From Octopus bimaculoides (taxonomy: Eukaryota), in contig NC_068982.1 of the NCBI RefSeq assembly GCF_001194135.2, positions 129,085,663-129,149,662 on the forward strand: a DNA stretch of 64,000 nt, written 5' to 3'. Positions 55,443 to 64,000 of this stretch are shown piece by piece. Below the pieces are notes generated by a model that was given only the letters and a program-made list of their open reading frames with translations, was not told the origin of the DNA and searched no databases. A program made the translations under genes and the position numbers. Each line of letters opens with the position of its first letter. Positions within the stretch are counted from its first letter, which is position 1.

Positions 55443-56217
55443 TCTCTTTGTCTTGACATTGCATAGTAGTTCTAAAAACAAGCATTACCATCATGCAAGC
55501 AGGTACTGGCATCAACCACGTTCGGATGGCGCTTTTTACATGCCACCGGCACAGGTGCCAGTCAGGTGGAACTGGCAATGACCATGCTTGAATGATTTTT
55601 TTTTACATGCCACCAGCATGGAACCAGTCATGTGGCACTGGCTAATTAGACAAAACATCTTAAGTTTTCTCAAAATTTTCCCTTCAATGTTAAACACATC
55701 TTTGACAAATATGATGAGTAATAGTTCTTAATGTAAGTATTTGAAGGCAGCTTGATATGTACAAATGTTAAAATAACCAATATATTCAGCAATGCTTATT
55801 CACTATGACTAGTTTCAGGAAATATTTTAAGTTTTCTCAAAATCCTTCTTTCACATCTAAACAAATTTTAAAGAAGAATTTATAATTAATATTTCTTAGT
55901 ATGTGTTTATGAGAAACTTAATGTAACAATTTGAAAGATACAGAATGAACAAAAAAAAAACAATAAAATGTAAACAAAACCATTACCTTGGAATTTGTGA
56001 CAAATATTCAATACAATCATATATGTCCTTTTGGTTGAAAGTCACAGGCTCCCTGTGCATTGGGAAAGTCAAAATTGGACCCCCTTCTTTGTCTCTTCCA
56101 CCTGGTCACATAAAACAACGTTGAAGGTCAAAGTTAAATGTGGTGTGTATGTGTGTATTCAAATTAAAAAATATAGCTTTAGTAGAAGAGACAGAAGTCA
56201 AAACACAAGGTTTTGTG

Positions 56218-56258
<41 letters not shown>

Positions 56259-57862
56259 ATGCATGTATATAGCTAGGTAGATAAGGAGGCAGATATATAT
56301 ATATGACAACAAAGGTTCCAGTTAATCCAATCAATGGAACAGCCTGCTCATACAAGTGACTGAGCACTCTACAACACAAACATGCTTATCCCTAATGAAG
56401 TCTCAGGGAGATTCAGCATGACACAGAATATGACAAGGTTGGCCCTTTGAATTACAGGTACAACTCATTTTTGCCAGCTGAGTGAACTGGAGCAACATGA
56501 AATAAAGCATTTTTCTCAAGGACACAACATGCTGCTGGGAACCAAACTCACAGCCTCACTATCATAAGCTGAATACTCTAATCACTTAACCACAACAGAA
56601 ACAAACAAATGAATTATATGGTATTCTTATAATCATTTCATTAAGAAACTTTATTGCATTGCAACTCAGTAAAAAGCACCCAGTACACTCAGTAAAGTGG
56701 TTGGCAAAGGAAGGACATCCAGCAGTAGAAACATGCCAAGGGCAGACAATCGAGGTACGAGCTGCCTGCTGCAGTCTTCTGACTTACCAGCTCCTGTCAA
56801 AAACCATCCAACCCATGCTAGCATGGAAAATTGGCATTAAATTATACATTTATACATTAATATAACATATAACAGGAAGAGAAAGAAAATGGAATTCATG
56901 AGATTCTTTAATAATCACTATGATCATTTTGACTTATCATGCACCTAGCTGTGCATGATACACCTAACTGTGGTGTATCATTCAGTGCAGATGTACCTCA
57001 TCAGGTGATTTGTCAAAATTTGCCTTGTTTTTTAACTTCCATTTTGCTTATTTCAATTAGAATACATTTTGGTATTTGCCTGTAGCTAATTGCATACAGG
57101 AGAAAAGATGAGTTAGAATGAAGAAGAGTTCTCTTATAGGTAATAAATATACTTAAGGGCTGAAACATTCAGCCCTTAAGTAACTTATGTATGTAACTCT
57201 ATAGCCACTTAACATGTGTGTGTGTGTTGTGAAATAGTTAAAAAAGTTGAATATGTACTAAAAGTTCTTATTTAATTTCAAAATCTGACATCATTATTAT
57301 TTTTTTTATTTTCAAAACACTATATTTTGAAATTATGAAACAAAAATGAAAACAAAAAGCATTTAATGATTCTATATTTCTAAATTATAAAAAAAATTGG
57401 ATCTTTTACTTTTCCTCTCTCTCTTTCTCTCTCTCTCTCTGTTTGTAAACCCTCTACACTAATTCACCAAGTACATCCAAATGTTATCTCTTCTGATCAT
57501 TCACTACATTCAAACTATATTAACTATTACAATGTTATGATGTAACACTACAAAACTAATAATCTTTCTATTCTGTACTATCATAATTTGAAGAGTACAT
57601 GTAACACATAAAAATATGTTATACAGCAGATCCACCCAATTCTTTGCAACATAGAAAAAGAATGTCAAATAAATGATGATGATAATACATAAACGCAGGA
57701 GTGGCTGTGTGGTAAGTAGCTTGCTTACCAACCACATGGTTCCGGGTTCAGTCCCACTGCGTGGCATCTTTGGCAAGTGTCTTCTACTATAGCTTCAGGC
57801 TGACCAAAGCCTTGTGAGTGGATTTGGTAGAAGGAAACTGAAAGAAGCCCATCGTATATATG

Positions 57863-57905
<43 letters not shown>

Positions 57906-60114
57906 ATGTTTGTGTCTGTGTTTGTCCCCCTAGCATTGCTTGACAACCGATGCTGGCGTGTTTATGTCCCCGTCACTTAGCGGTTCAGCAAAAGAAACCG
58001 ATTGAATAAGTACTAGACTTACAGAGAATAAGTCTCGGGGTCAATTTGCTCGATTAAAGGCAGTGCTCCAGCATGGCCGCAGTCAAATGACTGAAACAAG
58101 TAAAAAAGACAACAGGCTTCTTTCATTTTCTGTCTACCAAATTCACTCACAAAGCTTTGGTTGCCCCAAGGCTATAGTAGAAGACACTTGCTCAAGGTAC
58201 CACACAGTGGGACTGAACCCAGTACCATGTGGTTAGGAAGCAAGTTTCTTACCACACAGCCACTCCTGCTCACAGTATTTACAAATGTCCACTCTACTAT
58301 AGGTACAAGGCCTGAAATTTTGCTGGGAGGGACTAGTTGATTACATCAATCCCAGTGTCAAACTGGTATTCATTTCATTGACCCCCCACCAAAAGGATGC
58401 AAGGCAAAGTTGACCTTAGTGGAACATGAAGACAGAACATAAAGACAGATAAAATGCTCCTAAGCATTTTGTCCTGTGTGCTAACAATTCTGCCAGCTCA
58501 CTATTTCACAATATTTACAAAGATGCAAAATAAAACTGGGAACCTATCCAATATTGACTGAAAATACAAGGTTAATTTACCTGTTAAATAGACTATTTCT
58601 TTCAGCAGAAGGTCAACTATGTGGGCAGCTTCCAGTCTCTTACCTGAATAAAGTAAAAAAAAAAAATCAGATATTTCTTTATATCAAAGATAACAAATCA
58701 ATATTATTTAATTATATCTATAACACAAAACCATGTGCTTTAAAATATTTTTAGTTTTTGAGCCATGATAATGATCTTCATCATTGCTTTTATGTCAACT
58801 TTATCCTTGCTGGCATGGGTTGAATGAGACTTGTTGAGGCAGTTTTCTGTGGTTGGATACTTTTCTTGTTACCAAACCTTATTTGTTTTCCATGTAAAGA
58901 CTATATCATTCTGCTGATCTTTATACGAAATTGCCAAGCTGTGGAATGTATTGGTTATGGGATATGTAAACAAATACACCTCTGACTAAACAATATCTAT
59001 GTAAAGACAAGCAGAAACAAGCACACACACACACACACGATAGACTTCTGTGCAGTTTTCATCAATTAGATTTCATCTGCACAGCATTAACCAATCAGCG
59101 GCATTAACTAGTAGTAGACACTTGTCACACAAACAAGGTGCCACATAATGGGATGAAACCTAAAATCCTATGGTTGTAATGATGTCAACTTTGCTAATCA
59201 CACAACTATGCAGATGCCTCCTGCATGAGAAAATATATTAAGTCATTTAACAAGCATAAAATATGTACAAAAATAAATACTAGGGTGTTACCCAATCTCT
59301 AGTGACAGTCATCACTCTCTCTCCCTCCTATCTCTCTGTTTCTACCATCATGCTGTTGTTCCCTTCATACACCCGTCCTGGCTCTTCTGTCATCACCCAC
59401 TCTATTTTTAATCACTTCTTTCACCATAGTGATTTGAGTGAATGTACAAGTTTTAGAGTAGTGAGTACTCTTCGTTCTTACAGCATAAAAGGTAAACCCT
59501 CCTGTGTTAGTGCTATGATAAGATGAACCCAGTACTATGTACAAAAAGGGTTGGTGAATGAGAAGAAGCATAGAATTGAGAGATTTCCTTAGTTTTGTCT
59601 TGTTGAAGACATGATAACTTCTCTAGAGTTAACACTGAGATAAAATACACCCCTTACATGTGATAAAATAGTTGAAGAAAGGGAAGGCATCCAACCATAG
59701 AAATGAAACCAAGAATGAAGCAAACAATTTTGCAACTTATAAAGAGCAGTTGTTCCCAATAAGAATTGTCCTGGACAGGGACATTCTGTCCGGCACATGT
59801 CAGCATGAAAAGCAGACATAAAATGATGATGACAACATCAAGGGTTTTATAATTCTAATTACATAATGATAATAAAAAAAAAACATTTGACATGTTTACA
59901 TACATTAGAAAGAGAAATATTAGTTAATATACTTAAAATTCAAATAATTAAAAACTGAAAACATTGAATTATATTTATGATTTGTTAGATTCATATTCAG
60001 AATATGTAAAAAGAAAACAGTTTTGAAATTACTTTCATAGAAAACATCATCACTACTCTTGGAGCTCGATTTGCTGCGAGCTTCAGAATTCAAGGAGGCA
60101 GAATAATAAGCCAT
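25404..60114 (-). CDS. SESTD1: SEC14 domain and spectrin repeat-containing protein 1 orthologue; 17 coding exons, 2640 nt, 879 aa
   Basis: Exons chained manually with GT-AG sites and matching phases. Peptides align co-linearly with human SESTD1 as recalled: [14 protein letters not shown] vs GGKDRRSGLILTIP; GFTVIIDNR vs GFTVIVDGR; [38 protein letters not shown] vs [38 protein letters not shown]; [12 protein letters not shown] vs STYDYGRQLLQA. No search was run. Confidence 0.92.
26412..26681. repeat. 270-bp fold-back palindrome (probable MITE)
   Basis: Arms 26412-26540 and 26552-26681 are reverse complements (about 21 differences in 130 by manual alignment); 11-nt loop. Confidence 0.9.
27560..28830. 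repeat. Compound (TA)n/(TG)n/(TATG)n microsatellite field with two N-gaps
   Basis: Direct reading; source of the YIYI/VCVC pseudo-ORFs. Confidence 0.95.
28300..28590 (-). mobile_element. Probable Penelope-like terminal-repeat fragment embedded in TA/CA microsatellite
   Basis: Non-coding island containing CTTCGAAACG and CTGATGAAG, between long (TA)n tracts. Confidence 0.35.
29447..29891 (-). CDS. SESTD1: SESTD1 exon 16 ([22 protein letters not shown]...LLQRLQD), mostly low-complexity tail
   Basis: tctttcag acceptor, GAT|GTAAGT donor, 445 nt open, phase 2-0. Confidence 0.85.
34207..34397 (-). CDS. SESTD1: SESTD1 exon 15 ([10 protein letters not shown]...[17 protein letters not shown])
   Basis: aaacag acceptor, GA|GTAAGT donor, 191 nt, phase 0-2; similar to VGKSLLDRLTVPVV. 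Confidence 0.9.
34592..34662 (+). ncRNA. Type I hammerhead ribozyme-like motif (probably decayed)
   Basis: GCTCC-TA-GTGT CTGATGA G..C GAGA CTTTAAG TC ATGC-GGAGC: stem I with bulge, intact core, GTC site; A14 replaced by G and stem II poor. Confidence 0.65.
38610..38652 (+). ncRNA. Minimal type I hammerhead-like motif (Penelope-type)
   Basis: CTCCTA CTGAGGA ... GAAA TGCA TC TAGGGG: 6-bp stem I, intact cores, palindromic ATGCAT stem III. Confidence 0.55.
39180..39440 (-). mobile_element. Decayed LINE 3' fragment (RTE/RTEX-like)
   Basis: TLLWTPHH...[16 protein letters not shown]. Confidence 0.55.
39639..39830 (-). CDS. SESTD1: SESTD1 exon 14 ([12 protein letters not shown]...MFMTSSDE)
   Basis: ttctccag acceptor, GAG|GTAATG donor, 192 nt. 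Confidence 0.93.
40065..40470 (-). mobile_element. Young retroposon family B with (GAT)n tail and about 60-nt internal subrepeats; copies at 7795-8170, 10485-10612, 20130-20310, 22525-22710, 23945-24360, 31727-31945, 32695-33175, 34685-34815, 35820-35950, 36680-36910, 38090-38500, 41517-41695, 41850-42025, 49405-49730
   Basis: Near-identical block catcatcatcgtttaacgtccgctttccatgctagcatgggttggacgatttgactgagg... in many copies, variably 5'-truncated. Confidence 0.9.
42142..42264 (-). CDS. SESTD1: SESTD1 exon 13 ([41 protein letters not shown])
   Basis: actacag acceptor, CTT|GTAAGA donor, 123 nt. Confidence 0.93.
43513..43754 (-). CDS. SESTD1: SESTD1 exon 12 ([18 protein letters not shown]...FTCEKDADQ)
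   Basis: T-tract atag acceptor, CAG|GTTTGA donor, 242 nt, phase 1-0; strongest similarity block (DVRRLKM). Confidence 0.95.
45078..45192 (-). CDS. SESTD1: SESTD1 exon 11 ([38 protein letters not shown])
   Basis: tcttcag acceptor, G|GTACTT donor, 115 nt, phase 0-1; similar to LSQQLDGLLGMLC. Confidence 0.9.
46059..46182. repeat. Perfect 31-bp minisatellite, 4 copies
   Basis: Unit tttgagtcatttgttctctctatagatgcct starts at 46059, 46090, 46121 and 46152 with no mismatches. Confidence 0.97.
46517..46708 (-). CDS. SESTD1: SESTD1 exon 10 ([14 protein letters not shown]...RFHRFAED), spectrin repeat
   Basis: ctctgtag acceptor, GAT|GTAAGT donor, 192 nt. Confidence 0.93.
47255..47477. mobile_element. 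piggyBac-type MITE; related copies at about 31511-31972, 35042-35490, 40680-40900
   Basis: TTAA|CCC...AAAAGGG|TTAC termini; shared internal core ttcctgtttnaaagtgatctaanttaaaa in all copies. Confidence 0.7.
47513..47635 (-). CDS. SESTD1: SESTD1 exon 9 ([41 protein letters not shown]), spectrin repeat
   Basis: aacag acceptor, GCT|GTAAGA donor, 123 nt; similar to VVNWLEGPGSEQL...GIGDS. Confidence 0.93.
48475..49390 (+). mobile_element. Penelope-like element 3' fragment: decayed GIY-YIG endonuclease plus 3'UTR/pLTR
   Basis: [12 protein letters not shown] (resembles C.GC...YIGQ) and [18 protein letters not shown] (resembles R..KE..FI....P.LN); pyrimidine-rich tail with a hammerhead relic. Confidence 0.75.
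49738..49961 (-). CDS. SESTD1: SESTD1 exon 8 ([10 protein letters not shown]...ELQISIST)
   Basis: ttttcttcag acceptor, ACG|GTATGT donor, 224 nt, phase 1-0. Confidence 0.88.
50490..50815 (+). mobile_element. Penelope-like element fragment (linker preceding GIY-YIG), inside a SINE microsatellite
   Basis: [18 protein letters not shown]...SLKRLLT...[11 protein letters not shown]...[12 protein letters not shown]; flanked by (TA)n. Confidence 0.8.
51243..51420 (-). CDS. SESTD1: SESTD1 exon 7 ([10 protein letters not shown]...ANVINY)
   Basis: ttcaatag acceptor, G|GTAAGT donor, 178 nt, phase 0-1. Confidence 0.9.
51800..51913 (-). CDS. SESTD1: SESTD1 exon 6 ([38 protein letters not shown])
   Basis: tttacag acceptor, ATG|GTAAGT donor, 114 nt; QLT..GG motif at the end of the Sec14 domain. 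Confidence 0.93.
52005..52610 (-). mobile_element. RTE-clade LINE 3' fragment
   Basis: AKLAI...[14 protein letters not shown]...[12 protein letters not shown]...GHLIRM...[10 protein letters not shown] is the typical RTE C-terminal region. Confidence 0.85.
52923..53015 (-). CDS. SESTD1: SESTD1 exon 5 ([31 protein letters not shown])
   Basis: ttctttcag acceptor, AGG|GTACTT donor, 93 nt, phase 0-0. Confidence 0.85.
53374..54573 (-). mobile_element. Near full-length defective mariner (DD34D-type) in SESTD1 intron 4
   Basis: ORFs 54002-54586 (VIRFLYLKG...QDET) and 53500-54039 (YDPET...SAGKVM...QDNTPVH...[16 protein letters not shown]); frameshift, third catalytic D lost; TIR GAGGGGTGTTC at 53375. 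Confidence 0.93.
54625..54715 (-). CDS. SESTD1: SESTD1 exon 4 ([30 protein letters not shown])
   Basis: tttcag acceptor, AAG|GTAAGG donor, 91 nt, phase 2-0. Confidence 0.93.
55987..56101 (-). CDS. SESTD1: SESTD1 exon 3 ([38 protein letters not shown])
   Basis: cag|GT acceptor, AG|GTAATG donor, 115 nt, phase 1-2; CRAL-TRIO motif. Confidence 0.93.
57695..58108 (+). mobile_element. Full-length tRNA-derived SINE, family A; other copies at 3310-3615, 7607-7765, 10215-10720, 11590-12895, 38865-39030, 42715-43140, 48057-48420, 50215-51070, 52630-52760, 58115-58269
   Basis: Head GCAGGAGTGGCTGTGTGG (A box) ... GGTTCAGTCCC (B box), internal TA/TG microsatellite, tail GACTGAAACAAGTAAAA; many diverged copies in the window. 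Confidence 0.88.
58300..58505 (-). mobile_element. SINE family C; copies at about 9945-10150, 26090-26280, 35165-35380, 54765-54955
   Basis: Shared ggcacaaggccagcaatttt...gaaaggatgaaaggcaaagt...aattctgccagct consensus. Confidence 0.75.
58581..58643 (-). CDS. SESTD1: SESTD1 exon 2 ([20 protein letters not shown]), start of the Sec14/CRAL-TRIO domain
   Basis: Long T tract plus ttcag acceptor, donor G|GTAAAT, 63 nt, phase 1-1; similar to MEASVILPILKKKLAFLS. Confidence 0.88.
60033..60114 (-). CDS. SESTD1: SESTD1 coding exon 1 ([27 protein letters not shown]); exon starts at 60125 with 11 nt of 5'UTR
   Basis: Acceptor ttatatttcag at 60126, AAAATGG start context, donor A|GTAATT; phase 1 fits exon 2. 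No homology support for this peptide. Confidence 0.7.
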
Positions 60115-60469
60115 TTTGTAGTGGCCTGAAATATAACAAAGTGAAAATGATTTTAAAATAATAAACACTGAAATACAGCAAAAATAAATTTTATTGAATT
60201 GAATAAAATATTTTAGAAGTAACAATATGATGTTATATGTTAGACAAACTTCGACCTATTACCTTAGTTATGTCATTCATATTTAGGATTGTATATTCAA
60301 ATAACATATATACATTATTAATTACTCAGTCAACAAGATAGAAATTAGAAGTCATATTTTTTTATTACCCACGAGGGGCTAAACATAGAAGGGAAGAAGA
60401 TAGAAATTAGAAGTCATTTATGCTGTCACTTCAAAACTAGATTGAATAAATCATATCTCATGGTTAGGT

Positions 60470-60870
60470 TATGTTGCAGATGCTACTTTATGTTCCGTGT
60501 TCACTTCATTGCTGCCATTCTCGGTATCAAGTTGATGTTAATCACTCTCCTTCAGTACAGCTTCTCGCCCAGGTGACGTCTATAAACTTATCTATCTCAT
60601 CTCTCTCTCTCCATCTTATTTTCTCTTGCTGTGTGAACCTGACCCCCTTTAGTTTCCATCTGTGGTTATTTCTTCTGTCCTCAACTCCAACCTGCCAATA
60701 TTTTCTCTTCCTCATATATTTGACGTTTTGTACTTTCGTTCGGTCTCTTATCCATTAGTAAAATTTTCTGTCCTTCTTCAGTATTCCCTCTCATACATTT
60801 TACTATTTCTTAACGTTGTTTTTAAGCCACTGCTCTGCGTTTTTAATAGCTCATGACTCTGCACCATAAA
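60470..60870 (-). mobile_element. Decayed RTE-like LINE 3' fragment
   Basis: Broken frames ending DEIDKFIDVTWAR...EWQQ resemble RTE C-termini. Confidence 0.5.
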
Positions 60871-61599
60871 GTCATTGTTAGTTCTATTCACTAACTAAAT
60901 ATTGCACTTCAGTGTCAACTTACATTTCAGTGTCAACTTACTTTTCAAAATGACAATTTAACAAACAGCCTATCCATCTTAAATTCGTCTTTTTATTTCC
61001 TGTGAATCAGAAGTTCTCAACTAGATGTCTCTGGTTGCCCAAATGACTGGTCTACAGGGAAAATAAACGTCTGTCACATATTACTGTAATATTAAAAGAT
61101 TAGGGTTTCATAGTATGTTTTTATTTTTTTGGTATAATTTTATTGATTTTATCTCAAGTGGTCCTCCAAAATATGTAATGAATCAGTGGTCCACGATAAA
61201 AAGCAAAACAAAACTTCTAAATAGCCGTATTCCACTTAGCCAGCTGTTCAAGACACTTAACTATATTTATCAGCTGTTATTGTAGTACCATGCGACTGCT
61301 GAATAGGACTTAAATTATCTTCATACTTTTAGAGCCACCTTGCTACTTTCGCAGTTCAGTTCATTTGACATATTTAATATTATTATTAGATAAGCAATAC
61401 AAAGAAGGAAGATCTAATAAGATCTGATACTAAGGATCTCATTTTGCTTAAATATTTGATGATCGTTACAAAAATATTTTGAAATGACTTCGATATAAAT
61501 TTAATATATTTGTTCGAATCAATATTTGGAATCATAAAGTAAAAGAATATTTCATTTCATTGATATTTTATAGTGATTAGTAATTATTTAATGTTTCAA

Positions 61600-62500
61600 A
61601 ATTTATATTACTATGGTAGGAGTTAAGGTAATACGTTTACTTAGAAAGCATCTTATATTTCTTGCCAAACTGAAGTTTAAATTCGCAAAACATTATAGAA
61701 TTATTATTAAATCGACCTCAATTATAATTTATAGAATTAAATTCACCTCAAAAGTATTTAACTCCAGATCAATTTTATTCTATCAAACAAGTTTGAAACT
61801 TATTCTACTTTATATTTTGCAACGTTGAGATAATTACAAATGGATTATAACATTGTATGTATATTTATAAAATGTCAAATAGTTTTATATCTAGCTCGAC
61901 CTTAAGAAAGAAAAAAGCATATATGTGTGTGTCTGGTGAAGGAAACAGAAAAGTAGATCTCGAAACAATATGAGCATATATACATTTTTTTTTATTACTA
62001 ATCTGCAAAAGTTAAACAACTCAAGGACCGTGAGTTTCGTGCGCTGGCACAACACACGCAAATCCCGGCCTTTTTGTCACTAACTTATGCCGATTATTTG
62101 TAAAAAAAAAAGTCTGTGTGTGTGAGTATATATATATGTGTGTGACGAATTAAAACAGTTTAACATTAAACTGAAGAATTATTCGATGCTTTTTGTAGAG
62201 TACGTATACTTTTATAAAGAAGGGTAACATGTAACCCCTCTTGTAAAAACTATGCAAGTATATATGTATAAAAAGGTATTCAAGATAAGTAAACCAAAAA
62301 TTGTTTTTGTTGTTTTTTTTCACCACCACCCTCCCCACTGATATACATAGGTGATGAAATACTTTTGACAAACAGAAATATTTCTAATTTCGGTCCCTGA
62401 ACACCACTGAATTTTATCTGACAAGTTATCGTAAGATTTAGACACAACTTTTCACGGAACAATCAACAATAAAGTATTGTTTATACTTTTGTCCTTTGTA
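61600..62500 (-). promoter_or_regulatory. Possible SESTD1 promoter / non-coding first exon region
   Basis: Coding exon 1 begins at an acceptor, so an upstream exon must exist. This interval is repeat-poor, with local CpGs and donor-like sites (CTAA|GTAAAC near 61640, ATAA|GTTAGT near 62085). The exact position cannot be fixed from sequence. Confidence 0.2.
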
Positions 62501-64000
62501 TTAAGTCATTATAATACAATTGTACCTTTGTTGATGAAATATTAATGTCAGAAATTACAGAAACAATAACATACTATGATATAATGAATTACAACTATTT
62601 CGTACGATATGTTGTAGAAAATATTCAATGGGCACTTTTAAAGCATTCAGGCACAATAATGTAAAAACATAATTCAAAAACTTCACCTGAACTCAGATAT
62701 TTAGGTAAATGGGTCGCACTTAGTATAATAAAAGCTAAATTTTACACGAGATAAAATAAATGTTTTCAGGCTTTTTTTTCTTCTGGTGAAATGTATATAT
62801 AATTAACAAAAGAAAGCACCTAGTTTAGTATAGAAGAAGTTTATTATATTTTATGACATTTTAAAAACATTTCTATTTAGTTCTGACACCATTAATTTTA
62901 TACTTTTATAATTGTACAGAAGTTTTGTAATTTATTTCAATAAATCTTAAAATGTTAATCAACTTAGTTAAATGTTTCCAACCTAAGAAACTTCTTAAAA
63001 CAGGACTTATGTTGCAGGGCGCAGTTAATTAGCTGACATCCTGAATAAGATTTTAAAATACGTTTGTGTTGTACTGCATTCTTGTCGATCTATAGAAACA
63101 AACAAAACTAGGGTGAACTTGTATCTTAAACAAACCAGTTTAGACCAAAACAAAATATGGAGCAAAGGAAATGACGCAGGCATATTACTATTTGAGTGTG
63201 TTACAAGAATTTTAACAATTTAAAATAGGTTTCTTCTGGCACAATAAAGTTTATAATTGCTCTAGAATGATTTAATAAATATCCATATAATAAACATATA
63301 GCGATTTTGGATGAAGTCATGAAGAGGTAAAAACTGTGAGGTTATTTAGGGTTCTCGTCGAATATCAAAAGGCGTATTAAACAGAAAGTAAACAAGGAAG
63401 TTGTGGTGATGTGAATCTGCATCGTTCAACGATGAGGCCGAATTGTCTAAACAACTGAATAACTGCTCCCGAATTAACGTGGAAGGGGTTGAGTCACAAG
63501 TGTGAACCTTTTGAATTACAGGTACAATCCACCTGGCAGGCTTATAGATTCTGCCTACTGAGTTTCACGCAGAAAGTATGAATCGACTCAGGGAAAAATG
63601 ACAGTTGGTCAAAAATGCCATGCAGTGGGCTCGAACATGGGACATTGTGGTTGCAAAACGAACTTTTCAACCATTCGGCCATAGTGCGCCGACTAAACAG
63701 GGAAAGTGTACGTCAGGGCTAAATTGAGATATCTGGAACAACAAATGTTTCTATTGTTGATCAAGGAACTAGCTTAACTCAGAAGTTACAGTGTAATAGA
63801 ATGTAATAGAAGGTATGATTCTAAACTTTACATTTAGTTATTCAGACACAATAATCAGAGTTACTTCCTAAAATTTCAATTAGGAGAATGAAAAATATTG
63901 TAAACTTTTGGGAGTGTATACGTTTCACATTCCTTGAATAGTTGTTATTCCTAAGACCATTTACGTACATAATTTTTAAAGAAACGATGTTTAATATATA

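Noticed and set aside
57695-57770. tRNA gene
   Set aside because: A/B boxes are present but it is a SINE head with no intact cloverleaf, followed by SINE body and tail.
25404-60114. Trio/Kalirin or Dbl-family GEF identity
   Set aside because: Same Sec14-spectrin architecture, but no DH/PH exons were found and the peptides match SESTD1 co-linearly up to a stop.

Overview
AT-rich, repeat-dense eukaryotic DNA with five N-gaps. The SINE, microsatellite and mariner content looks like an octopus/cephalopod genome (inferred, not database-checked). One complete protein-coding gene was reconstructed by hand on the minus strand: a SESTD1 (SEC14 domain and spectrin repeat-containing protein 1, 'Solo') orthologue. 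It has 17 coding exons (60114 to 25404), all GT-AG and phase-consistent, giving 2640 nt and 879 aa. It carries an N-terminal and a C-terminal extension relative to the human protein as I recall it. The rest is transposon-derived: three SINE-like families in dozens of copies, four mariner relics, Tc1/mariner, hAT and piggyBac-type MITEs, RTE, CR1/Jockey-like and CRE-like LINE fragments, and Penelope-like (GIY-YIG) fragments. The most interesting signals are: (i) several hammerhead-ribozyme-like motifs in SESTD1 introns, best at 34592-34662, with the three clearest all antisense to the gene; (ii) an AG|GTAAGA recursive-splice-type site at an in-frame 63-nt exon; (iii) a DDVF/FFAT-like motif in the N-terminal extension; (iv) a 270-bp fold-back and several inverted SINE pairs that would form intronic dsRNA. 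No prokaryotic features, CRISPR arrays, rRNA or true tRNA genes were found.
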